A DNA stretch of 64,000 nt from an uncultured Gammaproteobacteria bacterium (GTDB lineage: Bacteria > Patescibacteriota > Microgenomatia > Levybacterales > UBA12049): the NCBI GenBank assembly GCA_965230895.1, contig OZ246394.1, positions 916,668-980,667 on the forward strand, written 5' to 3'. Numbering within the stretch: position 1 is the first letter of the stretch; each line of letters starts with the position of its first letter. The notes under the pieces were generated by a model. That model did no database searches and was not told the DNA's origin. It worked only from the letters and a program-made list of their open reading frames with translations. Shown here piece by piece: positions 18,628 to 30,481 of the stretch. The translations under genes were made by a program, and so were the position numbers.

Positions 18628-20220
18628 GTGAAATCAATCATTAACTTCTTCAAAGCAATCGGAAATTTTCTGAATAAATCAGAAGACTATATGGACGATC
18701 GTGTGCGGACAGGATTATTTGTTGATGATATTAAGGAATTGGACCGCGAAGGTAAAGAAAAAATCACAAAGGAAAGTAAAAAAATCTCCAGTAAAATAGA
18801 AAAATCTTCTTCTTTTCAAAAGTTTGTTGCTATTCTTCGTTTCATATGGAAGCTACTTCTAAAAATACCTTTTTTTGAGACTTTTTATATCTTAGTGCGT
18901 ATGATGTTAGTAATCGTATTCAAATACTACGCAATACTTTTTATTACTTTTGCATTTACCTTCCCAACGCTTGTTCTCCTAATGAATTTTTTCGACTCGA
19001 ATGTGGTGTACTTTTTTATTGGATTATTACCTATTGTACTTTGGAATATTTATTGTTTGTCTGCGTTATACATATGTATCCAAAAACGAGAGAAAGGTGA
19101 AAGAATCCAATTGTGGCCTTGCTATGGAGTTGCATTAAAGCAATTAGGTTCAGTAACTTTTATCAGTCTTGCACAACTTGCAGTCTTTATAGAAGTCATG
19201 GTTCTCTATTCAATCGTCCTGCTCTTCTTTAGTTATTTTTTTGATGCTATGGGCTTGCCATGGGGAGATTCTTTCATCTATTGGTTTGTAACCATATTTT
19301 TTGGATTGCTTCTTCTTATTGGTTTATTTATTTTTACAATTATTCTCCATCAGGCATATTTTTCATCCCTTTTCGAAGCTAAAAAGACAAATGAAGCTTT
19401 CCATGCAGGCCTTTACACTGTTAAGACATATGCCTCACCAATAATAGTTTTTTATCTCTTAGTGTATATTCTCGCTTGTGCAATTATATATTGGGCGTCA
19501 CTATACTATTTATATATAGGTTTTGCGCTTAGTATTTACTTATTACTTCATATGAGTATTTTCCTCGGATTTCTCTTACGAAAACATTTTTTTAATACCA
19601 TACCTATTCCATCGAATAAAGTAAGTTCAAAACCTCAACTCACATTTTCTATTCTTATACTATTTGGGTTTATTAACTATATTTTGAGCGCATTTGTCAT
19701 TACAAGCCAGTTCCAATATATTACAAGTTCTATTGAGAAATATAGAGACAACTATTTTCTTACCCGAGAGCTTGTAACATATACCAATGATATCTATAGA
19801 TTTATGATCCAATATCCACAGAACTGGGCAGATTATAAATGGAGAGGTAGTTCTGTAACTTTCTACAATAACTACACTGGGACAGAGACTGGGGGTATCT
19901 GGCTTAATATTTCTGTAACATCATATTCTGACAAGGAGTTCTTGAAACTTTATGAAGCTCGCCCTGGAATTGTTTCTGTGGACGAGACTACTCAGGATGT
20001 AACTACAAAAGTATCAAATATTTCAGTTCAGGGCTATCCTGGGGTCAATTACACATTTTATCATCCGCAAACTCCATACCCACAATATCAGACGCATTAT
20101 ATTATTCATAAAGACCAGTATATTTACAAAATTACGTTTACAACACTAGATAAAGATGTTGAAGGCAATAATACAGACTTGTTCGAAAGAATAGTTGGAT
20201 CTTTCAGATTTATTGAGTAG
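18628..20220 (+). CDS. Multi-pass membrane protein with C-terminal extracytoplasmic PsbP-like domain
   Basis: Many hydrophobic segments. The C-terminus has YTNDIYRFMIQYPQNW ... FERIVGSFRF, typical of PsbP/Mog1-like domains. Confidence 0.7.
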   Translation: MKSIINFFKAIGNFLNKSEDYMDDRVRTGLFVDDIKELDREGKEKITKESKKISSKIEKSSSFQKFVAILRFIWKLLLKIPFFETFYILVRMMLVIVFKYYAILFITFAFTFPTLVLLMNFFDSNVVYFFIGLLPIVLWNIYCLSALYICIQKREKGERIQLWPCYGVALKQLGSVTFISLAQLAVFIEVMVLYSIVLLFFSYFFDAMGLPWGDSFIYWFVTIFFGLLLLIGLFIFTIILHQAYFSSLFEAKKTNEAFHAGLYTVKTYASPIIVFYLLVYILACAIIYWASLYYLYIGFALSIYLLLHMSIFLGFLLRKHFFNTIPIPSNKVSSKPQLTFSILILFGFINYILSAFVITSQFQYITSSIEKYRDNYFLTRELVTYTNDIYRFMIQYPQNWADYKWRGSSVTFYNNYTGTETGGIWLNISVTSYSDKEFLKLYEARPGIVSVDETTQDVTTKVSNISVQGYPGVNYTFYHPQTPYPQYQTHYIIHKDQYIYKITFTTLDKDVEGNNTDLFERIVGSFRFIE

Positions 20221-21766
20221 TATATTGAGTCGGATGAACTAGTTTAAATACTTTTACATTTGGAAGTTCCCACTCACCTGCAATTTTCGCATTAGCATCA
20301 AAACCTGAAACTTCATACATAGGGCTACCCAAAGGTTTACATGCTTTATCCTCGCATATTACAAGGAGTTGATCAGTTCTTGTATGTCTTGACGGATCTA
20401 CCTCAGGAGGCTCTATTGTAACAGGCTTTCGACCATACAATTCCAAATAATATCTATATGCATGATCGGAATTACCTGGTGTCGCAAGTGCAAAGTTGTA
20501 TGGCTTATTATCTGTTTTTGAAACAACAAATTCAGCAATACTTTTCACCTGGTCCTTTTGCCTGTTTGGCTCATCTTTGAAAGGATTATCTATAAGGTTT
20601 AGCACAAGAAGTCCAGCAAGCAAAAGTCCAGCAAAATATACACCATAATAAATCTTCCCTTTTTTCAGTTCTGTTATCCGGGAAAAGACGTTTCCAATTA
20701 AGAAGAATGGCACAGGGAATAAGAAAACAAGATAATAATCAAAAATTGGTTTTTTATACAAACCAAACAGAAGGACGCCAATAGTTAACCAAACCCCTAA
20801 CATCATTACTGCAAATTTATTTTTATGCCGAAGTAAAAGAATCAAAGAAATAATTGCAGCAATAATGATACCTAATCCAAGTACTTGCAATTGTATCAGC
20901 GGAAATTGTGTGTAATCTCCAGAGACTGGGAAGTCAAAAATAAGCCTTGCGAAGGTTCTGAAAAATACATCGGCAATAGGTTCATAAAATGCGTTATATG
21001 TAGCATATCCACTCTGCGTCGAGTCAGTAGAAATAAATGAAATAATAGTTTTTATATTGGGGAATCCATGACGCACTTCAAAAGCGAGAAACGGCGCGAA
21101 ACCTACAAGAAATCCGATAAATATTTGCAGGTAGTATTTAATTGTCTGAACTATTTTAATCTTTCCATTTACATACCAATTCATAGCGAAAACAAGGATT
21201 GCTATCGCAACTGCAAGAAAGAGGGAGATATAGTGAAGCTGTACGCAAATACCTAAAAAGACTCCTGTTAATAGGTAATACTTCCAGGAACGCGCGCTTG
21301 TAACAGCTTTAAGGAGCATGTACATTGTAAGTAATGAAAAGAATGGAACAACATTTGGATTCCATGAAGAACGGGAATACTGCAAGACTAAAGGAGACAC
21401 AGCATAAAGTGCTGCTGCAATTAATCCTGTTTTTTCATCAAATAGCTTTCTCCCCATCAGATAGACAATCCAGACGGTTATCGTACCAATAAGACCAACC
21501 ATAATTGCCGGGCCTACTGGATCTAGTTGCCAGAGCCATAAGAAAGGCGCCATCATATAATAATAAATAGGGCCAGTAAAGAAATCTCCAGCAGATGCGC
21601 GAGGACCAAGTAGTGTCAGGTTACCTTCAAGTATTCCTTTTACGACAAGAGCATCACGTCCTTCATCCCCGAGAAAGGTCATATAGTCAGAAACTCTATA
21701 GAGGCGCAGGAACGCTGCAACCAACAGAATAATTATTAAAATTATTATTGATTTATGCTTCCACAT
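20210..21766 (-). CDS. GT-C membrane glycosyltransferase (PMT/ArnT-like)
   Basis: FLRLY...FLGDEGRD (DE motif), GPIYYY and SRSSWNPN, with many TM helices. Confidence 0.88.
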   Translation of the reverse strand: MWKHKSIIILIIILLVAAFLRLYRVSDYMTFLGDEGRDALVVKGILEGNLTLLGPRASAGDFFTGPIYYYMMAPFLWLWQLDPVGPAIMVGLIGTITVWIVYLMGRKLFDEKTGLIAAALYAVSPLVLQYSRSSWNPNVVPFFSLLTMYMLLKAVTSARSWKYYLLTGVFLGICVQLHYISLFLAVAIAILVFAMNWYVNGKIKIVQTIKYYLQIFIGFLVGFAPFLAFEVRHGFPNIKTIISFISTDSTQSGYATYNAFYEPIADVFFRTFARLIFDFPVSGDYTQFPLIQLQVLGLGIIIAAIISLILLLRHKNKFAVMMLGVWLTIGVLLFGLYKKPIFDYYLVFLFPVPFFLIGNVFSRITELKKGKIYYGVYFAGLLLAGLLVLNLIDNPFKDEPNRQKDQVKSIAEFVVSKTDNKPYNFALATPGNSDHAYRYYLELYGRKPVTIEPPEVDPSRHTRTDQLLVICEDKACKPLGSPMYEVSGFDANAKIAGEWELPNVKVFKLVHPTQYTTQ

Positions 21767-22928
21767 GATGTTCTGGTTTTTTCAAATATTGCGTTTTCCA
21801 AATAACTTTATTATAGATAAGATAGTTCATTGGAATAACGAGTAACAAAATGGTTGGGACTAATATAACCATTGATGTCGGAACATTATACCCTAGTATA
21901 TATACGTGTTCACCTAGCGTATGGACAGCGATATACACAACCAGTGTCTGCAGCCCGATCGAACCGAGAGATGCTGCATTGAACTTTACTAAACGCTTAA
22001 AGAAGCTCCCTTGCTCAGAGATTGATTTTGTGTCGCCAAACGTCCAAAGATTGTTGAGGACGAAATTAGATAATATTGCTGCTTCTCCACCAATTGTCGC
22101 TGCGATAAATTGCTCAACTCCGAATCTGTATAAAACATAAACGGTTAAAAACTGAAGGAAAAATCCCGTACCGCCAATAACAAGAAACTTTATGAACCGC
22201 TTTCGTGAATATAAACCTAAGCGTAAAACTACATAAAAAGATTCAAATTGGTCTTTCTGGCTAATCTTGCTTGTCCCTTTCTCTCGCTCCAGAAAAACAA
22301 TTGGAACTTCTTTCACCTTTGCCCCAATTTTTACAAGATCATGGAGAATTTGCATCTTGTAAGCAAAATTATTTGAGAGGAGATTATCTAGGTCAACTTT
22401 TTTAAGTACTGACGTTCTTGTAAGTTTAAACCCTGAAGTCATATCATGAATAGAAAAGTTACCCCATACAACACGCGTAAATAAATTCCCAAAGACACTA
22501 AGAATTTTTCGATCTAAACCCCATTCCTTGGGAATAGAGCCACCTTCAATATACCGGCTTCCAATGACAGCATCAGCACCACCATCCATGGCTTTCACTA
22601 ATCGAGGAATATCATGTGGATTATGCTGAAAATCAGCATCAAATTCCATAACAGCATCAGCACTCATTTTATTCATGGCATGCTTCATCCCTCTTACATA
22701 GGCATACCCTAAACCTTTTTTATCTCCTGACAGTAATGTAATATTTTTCCATTTCTTCATGAACTGTTCTACCTCTTCAGCAGTTCCATCAGGAGATTTA
22801 TCATCAACTACAAGGATATGCATAGAATGATTTTTGATTTGCGGAAAAATTTCTTCTTCAAGAAGTGGGATAAGACGGGAAATATTCACACGCTCATTAT
22901 ACGTGGGTAGAATAATAACAATTTTCAT
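21753..22928 (-). CDS. Polyprenol-phosphate mannose synthase-like GT2 fused to a GtrA-like domain
   Basis: PTYNE, VDDKSPDGT, DADFQH, GSRY and DMTSGF motifs. The C-terminal multi-TM domain resembles GtrA (KFLVIGG...NFVLNNLWTF). Confidence 0.9.
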   Translation of the reverse strand: MKIVIILPTYNERVNISRLIPLLEEEIFPQIKNHSMHILVVDDKSPDGTAEEVEQFMKKWKNITLLSGDKKGLGYAYVRGMKHAMNKMSADAVMEFDADFQHNPHDIPRLVKAMDGGADAVIGSRYIEGGSIPKEWGLDRKILSVFGNLFTRVVWGNFSIHDMTSGFKLTRTSVLKKVDLDNLLSNNFAYKMQILHDLVKIGAKVKEVPIVFLEREKGTSKISQKDQFESFYVVLRLGLYSRKRFIKFLVIGGTGFFLQFLTVYVLYRFGVEQFIAATIGGEAAILSNFVLNNLWTFGDTKSISEQGSFFKRLVKFNAASLGSIGLQTLVVYIAVHTLGEHVYILGYNVPTSMVILVPTILLLVIPMNYLIYNKVIWKTQYLKKPEHHVEA

Positions 22929-23047
22929 GCATTTCGAAAAGCTCGATTTGTCGACGTCATATTAAGTGTAACACAATTTACTTGCATACTAGTATGATAC
23001 TAAAATCCGTAAGCTATTGGAAGAGTTGTAAAATCAAGCTAAGAAGG

Positions 23048-24025
<978 letters not shown>

Positions 24026-24030
24026 CTATT

Positions 24031-24990
24031 CTATACGATATCGCGCCAATAGTCTAGTATCTCTTGCAATGTTTTTTCAAATGAAATTTCAGGATTCCAT
24101 CCCGTTACCTTATTAAATTTACTGTAATCGCACACAATTTCAGGGACGTCAATTGGCCGGAAGCGGGAAGGATCGACTTTTACTTCAACTTTTGCACTAG
24201 AATAGGACAGTAGTTGCTGGAGCATGTCATTTATTTTATGCGACTTCCCTGATCCAATATTATAGACCTCACCTGATACACCTTTCTCTAAAGCAAGCTG
24301 ATATGCTTTCACCATGTCTCGTACATCAGTAAAATCCCGTTTCGCTTCGAGATTACCAACAGAAATTATTGGCTCTCTTTTCTGCTTTTCTATCTCAACA
24401 ATTTGCTTAGCAAAATCCGCAACAACATATCCTTCTTTTTGCCCAGGTCCTATATGGTTGAATGGTCGGACTCGAACAACATCTAATTTATATGCATAAA
24501 AATATTGGAGAGATAAATAGTCTTGCGCAATTTTTGACACAGAATAAGGACTCACGGGCTTTAAAGGCGTTAATTCGTCAATAGGGATATCCATTGGATC
24601 GACAATCCCGTACATTTCGCCTGTAGCAATAGTCAGGAGCCTTGAGGAAGAAAGATCATTATTCTTTAATGCTTCAAGGATATTTAATTCTGCAGTTATA
24701 TTATTAATAATTGTTTCTCGTGGTGCTTTAAAGCTTACTTGCGGAGAAGCTTGTGCAGCTAAATTATATATTTGATCAGGACTTATATCCTGAAGCAATG
24801 ATGAAACTGCATCTGCATCATTGAGATCAAGCTGCCGTAATGAAACTTTTCCATTAAGCTCTTTGAGAGTTTCAAGAGATTTCTCAGATCTATATGTTCC
24901 GATGATTTCGAAGTTGCTAAGGGAGAGAAGATGTTGAGCCAAATGCTGGCCGACAAAACCTGAAATACCAGTTATAAGTACTTTTTTCAT
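24031..24990 (-). CDS. GDP-6-deoxy-4-keto-hexose reductase (Rmd-like SDR)
   Basis: GISGFVG, SPYSVSK, RPFNHIGPGQ and RDFTDVRD motifs. Adjacent to gmd. Confidence 0.78.
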   Translation of the reverse strand: MKKVLITGISGFVGQHLAQHLLSLSNFEIIGTYRSEKSLETLKELNGKVSLRQLDLNDADAVSSLLQDISPDQIYNLAAQASPQVSFKAPRETIINNITAELNILEALKNNDLSSSRLLTIATGEMYGIVDPMDIPIDELTPLKPVSPYSVSKIAQDYLSLQYFYAYKLDVVRVRPFNHIGPGQKEGYVVADFAKQIVEIEKQKREPIISVGNLEAKRDFTDVRDMVKAYQLALEKGVSGEVYNIGSGKSHKINDMLQQLLSYSSAKVEVKVDPSRFRPIDVPEIVCDYSKFNKVTGWNPEISFEKTLQEILDYWRDIV

Positions 24991-26279
24991 TATCTTCCAA
25001 CACCAATATAGTTAAAGCCTAATGCTCGGGCTTTTTCAGGATCATAGAGATTACGAGCGTCTACAATAAGTGGTGACGTAAGCCATTGCTTTACTTCTTC
25101 GAGCTCTAAATCTTTAAACTCATTCCATTCAGTTAAAACTAACATTGCATCAGCATCTTTAAGAGCTTCTTTTGCAGATTTCGCAAATGTTATATCAGGG
25201 ATAACTTTTGCGGCAGTTTCTAACGCTTCAGGATCATACGCAGAGATAACTGCTCCATCATTTTTGAGTAGTTCTACTATATCAATTGCTGGTGCGTCAC
25301 GCATATCATCAGTATTTGCTTTAAATGCTAACCCAAGAACACCGATGCGCTTTCCTCTAAGATCACCCAAAGCATTTCGGACCTTTTTGACAACGTCACG
25401 TTTTGCTTGAGAATTAACTTGCTCTGTTTGGTTAAGCAAACCAAAGTCATAATCATAATCTTTCGCAATGGTGATCAAAGCTCTGACATCCTTCGGGAAA
25501 CAACTACCACCATAACCTGGTCCTGGTGCCAAAAACTTATCTCCAATACGTTTGTCCATACCAATTCCTTCAAGGACTTTGAGACCATCAGCGCCAACAA
25601 GTTCAGATAACTTGGCAATTGCATTTGCGTAGGAGATCTTTAATGCCAAAAATGAATTAGCTGCATATTTAATAAGTTCCGCAGTATCAAAGTCTGTCGA
25701 AACAATTGGAGCATCTACAGGCTTATGTAAATCAGTTAATAATTTCTTCGCCCGTTCACTTTCAGTACCAACAATAACTCTGTCTGGATGCAACGTATCT
25801 GAGATTGCACTTCCTTCACGTAAGAACTCAGGTACTGACGCATAATCAAATTCTGCTCCCTGTGGTTTGTTCTCGTTAATGATTCGGCTCACTTTTCTAT
25901 TGGTTCCTGCTGGAACGGTACTCTTTGTTGCTACCACAGTGTAACCTGATAGATTCTTAGCAATCTTCTCAGCAACACTCAATACACTCTTCAAGTTCGC
26001 ATCTCCCGTCTTTGTCGTTGGAGTTCCAACAGCAATAAAGACCGCATCTGAATCAGGGATAGCTGGTTTATAATCAAGTGTAAAAATAAGCCGCTTTGCT
26101 TTAATATTCTTTTTTACAAGTTCTGTAAGACCTGGCTCATAAAATGGAGCTATACCTTTGTTAAGATTATCAATTTTTTCCTGCGTGTGTCCGATGACAT
26201 AGACTGTATTCCCAAAATCTGCAAAAACAGCTGCTGTTACTAACCCTACATACCCATGTCCAATGAATGTTACTGTCAT
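24990..26279 (-). CDS. ugd: UDP-glucose/GDP-mannose 6-dehydrogenase
   Basis: GHGYVGL, KSTVP, PEFLREG, GYGGSCFPKD and GLAFK motifs. Confidence 0.92.
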   Translation of the reverse strand: MTVTFIGHGYVGLVTAAVFADFGNTVYVIGHTQEKIDNLNKGIAPFYEPGLTELVKKNIKAKRLIFTLDYKPAIPDSDAVFIAVGTPTTKTGDANLKSVLSVAEKIAKNLSGYTVVATKSTVPAGTNRKVSRIINENKPQGAEFDYASVPEFLREGSAISDTLHPDRVIVGTESERAKKLLTDLHKPVDAPIVSTDFDTAELIKYAANSFLALKISYANAIAKLSELVGADGLKVLEGIGMDKRIGDKFLAPGPGYGGSCFPKDVRALITIAKDYDYDFGLLNQTEQVNSQAKRDVVKKVRNALGDLRGKRIGVLGLAFKANTDDMRDAPAIDIVELLKNDGAVISAYDPEALETAAKVIPDITFAKSAKEALKDADAMLVLTEWNEFKDLELEEVKQWLTSPLIVDARNLYDPEKARALGFNYIGVGR

Positions 26280-26281
26280 AA

Positions 26282-27145
26282 TTATTTTAATTCCAAGAGG
26301 CCTTCTTCGAAGGTTTTCATTTGTACTCCAAGTTGCTCTATTTTATCATTATTCATTGTTAAGTCAAATGGTCTTGGCGCTTTGCCTACAAAATATTCTG
26401 CTCGAGTTGTCTTACCAATTAATGAAGTATCATATCCAAAGTTTTTCGCGATTAACATACTCGCATCATATGGAGTAAGGCTCTGACTACCAACCACATG
26501 ATAAATACCGGTCGCGTCATTTCTAAGAAGCGCATCTATCGCAGGAGCGAGATCATCTATAAATGTTGGTGTAAAAATATGATCTGTAATTCCCTTAATT
26601 GGGAGTCCTTGCTCTAATCTCCCTGCAACGGCTCTAACAAAATCTTTCTTCGCCTCAAATTCCTTTCTATATGGATATGCAATTCTCATAATAATATATG
26701 GAATGCCAGCTTTCTTTACAACTTCTTCACCCTTTTCTTTCGTCTCTGCATACCATCCAAGTGGCAATGGCGTATCATCCTCTGTGTAGCCTCCTTCTGG
26801 AGTATTATCACCATTAAATACGAAGTCTGTAGAAATATAAATCATTTTTTTCTTCCCAATTTTGCAGGCAGCTGCCACATTTTGTGTTCCTCCCACATTA
26901 ATTTTATATGCTTGCCCCTCTTCACCTAGAGGTTTATCTTGTTCACAACCATCAACATCAGCTTTTGCTGCAAGATGTAATACTACATCATGATCAGTAT
27001 CTGATTTTATAATTTCCAAACTATCAGGATTGGTTATATCAACTCCACTTGTTAAGCTCAGATCATCAAACTCATATTTATCCCGCAACAGCTCTACAAT
27101 TCTTGAGCCAACTAACCCTGATCCACCTATTGTATATATTTTCAT
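26282..27145 (-). CDS. rmlD: dTDP-4-dehydrorhamnose reductase
   Basis: GGSGLVG, ISTDFVFNG, YxxxK (YAETK) and APRP motifs, in the context of rmlA and rmlB. Confidence 0.85.
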   Translation of the reverse strand: MKIYTIGGSGLVGSRIVELLRDKYEFDDLSLTSGVDITNPDSLEIIKSDTDHDVVLHLAAKADVDGCEQDKPLGEEGQAYKINVGGTQNVAAACKIGKKKMIYISTDFVFNGDNTPEGGYTEDDTPLPLGWYAETKEKGEEVVKKAGIPYIIMRIAYPYRKEFEAKKDFVRAVAGRLEQGLPIKGITDHIFTPTFIDDLAPAIDALLRNDATGIYHVVGSQSLTPYDASMLIAKNFGYDTSLIGKTTRAEYFVGKAPRPFDLTMNNDKIEQLGVQMKTFEEGLLELK

Positions 27146-27669
27146 AGTTTTCCTTCTTCCCGCATCTTCTTAAATAATAGCAGAGCGGCTATGTGTGATG
27201 CAGCACGAACTTTCCCTTCCTCAACTTTTTTAATAACTTCATCAAGAGGCATTTTAACAATTGTGATATCTTCATCCTCTTCAAGCGCAGTTTCACCTTC
27301 AGTCAAATCGGTCGCTGCATAAACATGAACTTTGGCGCGCATATTAATATTAAGATCCCAAAGACCTAATGTATGCCACGTCTTTGCTGTGAGACCTGCT
27401 TCTTCTTTTAGCTCTTTCTTTGCTGTTTCTAAAGGTTCTTCGCCTTCTTCAACGTGTCCAGCAACAATCTCTAACGATCTTTCCCCCAGCGCATCACGAA
27501 ATTGAGATTCCATATAAATTTCATTATCCGCTGTGTACGGGATAATTATTGTTACAGCATTACGTTCAATAAAATCCTTTGTAAACGTTCTGCCATCTCG
27601 CTCGATCTGTTCCTGCTGAATTCTAAAGTATTTTGAAGAATAAACTGTTTTGCTTGAAAGTACTTTCAT
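27142..27669 (-). CDS. NUDIX hydrolase (ADP-ribose/NDP-sugar pyrophosphatase-like)
   Basis: QFR...LEIVAGHVEEGEEPLETAKKELKEEAG Nudix box. Confidence 0.88.
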   Translation of the reverse strand: MKVLSSKTVYSSKYFRIQQEQIERDGRTFTKDFIERNAVTIIIPYTADNEIYMESQFRDALGERSLEIVAGHVEEGEEPLETAKKELKEEAGLTAKTWHTLGLWDLNINMRAKVHVYAATDLTEGETALEEDEDITIVKMPLDEVIKKVEEGKVRAASHIAALLLFKKMREEGKL

Positions 27670-28679
27670 CTGTCTTCGTATTGTTTCTGATAATATTCTG
27701 CGTATGCACCAGACTTAATTCTTTGCCACCACTCTGGATTATCTCGATACCAGGCAACTGTCTTTTCGAGCCATTCATCAAAACTATGTTGTGGTTCCCA
27801 GCCTAATTCATTTTTGATTTTTGTCCAGTCAACATCATATTTACGATCATGACCTGGACGATCTTTTACATATTCAATTGAACTTTCATCTTTACCTAAG
27901 AGCTTGATGATTTTTCGTGCAATTTCAATATTTGGAGAAAGTTCTGTCATGCCACCAACTAAATATGTCTCCCCAATTTTTCCTTTTTGGAGCACCATAT
28001 CAATTGCACGGCAATGATCTTCTACATATAACCAATCACGGACATAGAGTCCGTCTCCGTAAATTGGAACTTTCTTCCCTTCAAGTAAATTGGTAATGGT
28101 CAATGGGATGAACTTTTCTGGGAATTGATAAGGACCGAAATTGTTTGAACAATTGGTAATCGTCACTGGCAAACCAAAGGCAATATTATATGCTCGAACT
28201 AAATGATCTGAACCAGCCTTACTTGCGGGATACACACTTCGAGGTTCATAATTGGTTGTTTCTGTAAATTTCCTTTTATCTTCGAGTGCTATATGTCCAA
28301 ATACCTCATCAGTTCCTATATGGTGGAATCGTTTCACTTGGTTTTCCAAAGCTGCATCGAGAAGGACTTGCGTACCAACAACGTTTGTCAGGACTGTAGT
28401 CAACCGATCCATATTTGCACGGTCATTATGACTTTCAGCTGCGAAATGAACGACAGTATCAATTCCTTGCATCGCAGCGTTTACTGCGTCAGGATCACTG
28501 ATATCTCCTTGTATAAAAGAATAGTTTTCGTTGTTTTCAACAGATTTGAGATTTTCTAAGTTTCCAGCGTACGTTAATTTATCGAAGTTAACTATGTGGT
28601 CTTCCGGATGATTTTTCATCCAGTAAAGAATAAAATTAGAACCAATAAATCCGGCACCGCCGGTCACGAGTAATTTCAT
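27666..28679 (-). CDS. rmlB: dTDP-glucose 4,6-dehydratase
   Basis: VTGGAGFIGSNF, DKLTYAGN, FAAESH, TDEVFG, NCSNNFGPYQFPEK and DRPGHD motifs. Confidence 0.96.
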   Translation of the reverse strand: MKLLVTGGAGFIGSNFILYWMKNHPEDHIVNFDKLTYAGNLENLKSVENNENYSFIQGDISDPDAVNAAMQGIDTVVHFAAESHNDRANMDRLTTVLTNVVGTQVLLDAALENQVKRFHHIGTDEVFGHIALEDKRKFTETTNYEPRSVYPASKAGSDHLVRAYNIAFGLPVTITNCSNNFGPYQFPEKFIPLTITNLLEGKKVPIYGDGLYVRDWLYVEDHCRAIDMVLQKGKIGETYLVGGMTELSPNIEIARKIIKLLGKDESSIEYVKDRPGHDRKYDVDWTKIKNELGWEPQHSFDEWLEKTVAWYRDNPEWWQRIKSGAYAEYYQKQYEDR

Positions 28680-28689
28680 ATGAGACAGA

Positions 28690-29430
28690 TTATTTAAGTT
28701 CGCCGGATTTTACTTTTTCCTGAACCAAAACATTTGCGCGGATGAGCTCATCATAGGAGGTCCCAGCATCAATCCACCAATCAATTAATTCAAATGACAT
28801 TGTACCTTCTTTAACATAAAAATTGTTAAGATCGGTAACTTCAAGTTCCCCTCGAGCTGATGGAGATAATCCTTTAATAAAATCAAAAACTCGACTATCA
28901 TACATATAAATGCCTGTCTGGGCATAATCTGACTTAGGAAATTCAGGTTTTTCTTCAATAGAAAGTACTTTACCGCTTTCATCAGTTTCAATTACACCGT
29001 ATTGCTTCGATTCTGTTGGCATACTAATGCCAAATATTTTTGCACCTTTTTCTTTTGCTTCCATCTCTTCAACTGATTTTTTGAGATTGTGTCCAAAGAT
29101 ATTGTCTCCGAGAAGTACGGTGATTTTTTCTCCACGAGCGAATTCATCCGCAAGCATCATTGCATCAGCGATACCACCTTTTGGATTCTTTTGCACTGCA
29201 TAATAAAGTTTCAGTCCAAACTCTTCACCCGCACCGAGAAGACTTGCGAAATGCCCTGCGTGATCTGCTGAAGATGTAAGAAGAACTTCCTTAATGCCTG
29301 CTTTTGCCATTGCCTCAAGCGGATAGTAAATCATCGGCTTGTTGTAGATAGGAAGGAGATGCTTATTGGTTACGTATGTAAGTGGACGGAGTCTTGTTGC
29401 CAAACCTCCAGCTAAAATAACACCTTTCAT
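28690..29430 (-). CDS. rmlA: Glucose-1-phosphate thymidylyltransferase (short form)
   Basis: GVILAGGLATRLRPLT, EEKP, SARGELEVTD and WIDAGT motifs. Confidence 0.92.
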   Translation of the reverse strand: MKGVILAGGLATRLRPLTYVTNKHLLPIYNKPMIYYPLEAMAKAGIKEVLLTSSADHAGHFASLLGAGEEFGLKLYYAVQKNPKGGIADAMMLADEFARGEKITVLLGDNIFGHNLKKSVEEMEAKEKGAKIFGISMPTESKQYGVIETDESGKVLSIEEKPEFPKSDYAQTGIYMYDSRVFDFIKGLSPSARGELEVTDLNNFYVKEGTMSFELIDWWIDAGTSYDELIRANVLVQEKVKSGELK

Positions 29431-29477
29431 AGATTACTTGTCATTATACTACAAGAGTTTCACTTTCTCAAAGTGAA

Positions 29478-30413
29478 TTAATTTTGCACTTTTAATCGTG
29501 ATAACGCTCTTTTTTGCATAAGATCAATTCCTTTAAAAATTCCCCACTGTACTAAAGCAGGATATTTATCATGATAATTCTTTTTATAAAAAATTCTCAT
29601 TGCATCAAACCGCCAACCCTGTGCTCGCCTTTTTCCTTCAACATTTGCGGTTGTGACATTTTGTGAGGCTGCTTTTATGCCACTTGATGCTCCACCGATA
29701 TGCATGATTTGCACTTCTCCAACATAATAAATGTTATATCCAAGCTTTTGAATGTCATAACAGAATTGTAAATCTTCACCATAGAAGAAGTAATCATCAT
29801 CCCACCAGCCGACTTTCTCTCCTACTTCTCGACGAACCATCATAAAGGCACCCTCCAAAGCATCAATTTTATGTGTTGTATTTAGATCCTTCCATCCTTG
29901 CGTGTATCCAGCAAATAACCGGCTTTTAGGAAATTTCCGTTGCAAGCCTGAAAAAAAAGTGAATGCATTCCAAGGAGTCGGGAAACCTCTATGACAATTA
30001 AAATCCATATCGCCATGCTTATTCATTAATTTACAAGTCGCTGCGCCAGCGTCAGGATGAGAATCCATAAATTGCAACAAATACGTTAAAGTTTTAGGGT
30101 AAACGATTGTGTCCGGATTAAGAAAGAGAATGTATCTTCCTTTTGCATAAGGTAACCCTTTATTATTACCGGCAGCAAATCCTATATTACCGCCATTATC
30201 AACAGGATGAAATGATTTTATTTTTGTATGTTTTCTATATTCCTTAAAAGCCTGGAAGGATCCATCAGGAGATTGATTATCTGTTACGATTACTTCAAAA
30301 TTTCCTGATGAAACATCTTTGGGGTAATTTTTCTCAATTGATTTAATTGCGTCAAGAGTTATGTCTTTTGTGTTGTACGAAAGAATTATTATGGATAAAT
30401 CAACTTGAGCCAT
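29478..30413 (-). CDS. GT2 glycosyltransferase (WbbL/rhamnosyltransferase-like)
   Basis: NIGFAAGNN, LNPD and FFYGED motifs. Confidence 0.9.
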   Translation of the reverse strand: MAQVDLSIIILSYNTKDITLDAIKSIEKNYPKDVSSGNFEVIVTDNQSPDGSFQAFKEYRKHTKIKSFHPVDNGGNIGFAAGNNKGLPYAKGRYILFLNPDTIVYPKTLTYLLQFMDSHPDAGAATCKLMNKHGDMDFNCHRGFPTPWNAFTFFSGLQRKFPKSRLFAGYTQGWKDLNTTHKIDALEGAFMMVRREVGEKVGWWDDDYFFYGEDLQFCYDIQKLGYNIYYVGEVQIMHIGGASSGIKAASQNVTTANVEGKRRAQGWRFDAMRIFYKKNYHDKYPALVQWGIFKGIDLMQKRALSRLKVQN

Positions 30414-30481
30414 ATCAAGATCATTATATACAGATTAGTCTTAAATGAACAGCTTCAGGGTAATTAGTATATAATAGACAT

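Noticed and set aside
22985-22996. CATACTAGTATG palindrome between gmd and the GT2 gene
   Set aside because: Short, AT-rich and single copy, so it cannot be distinguished from chance.
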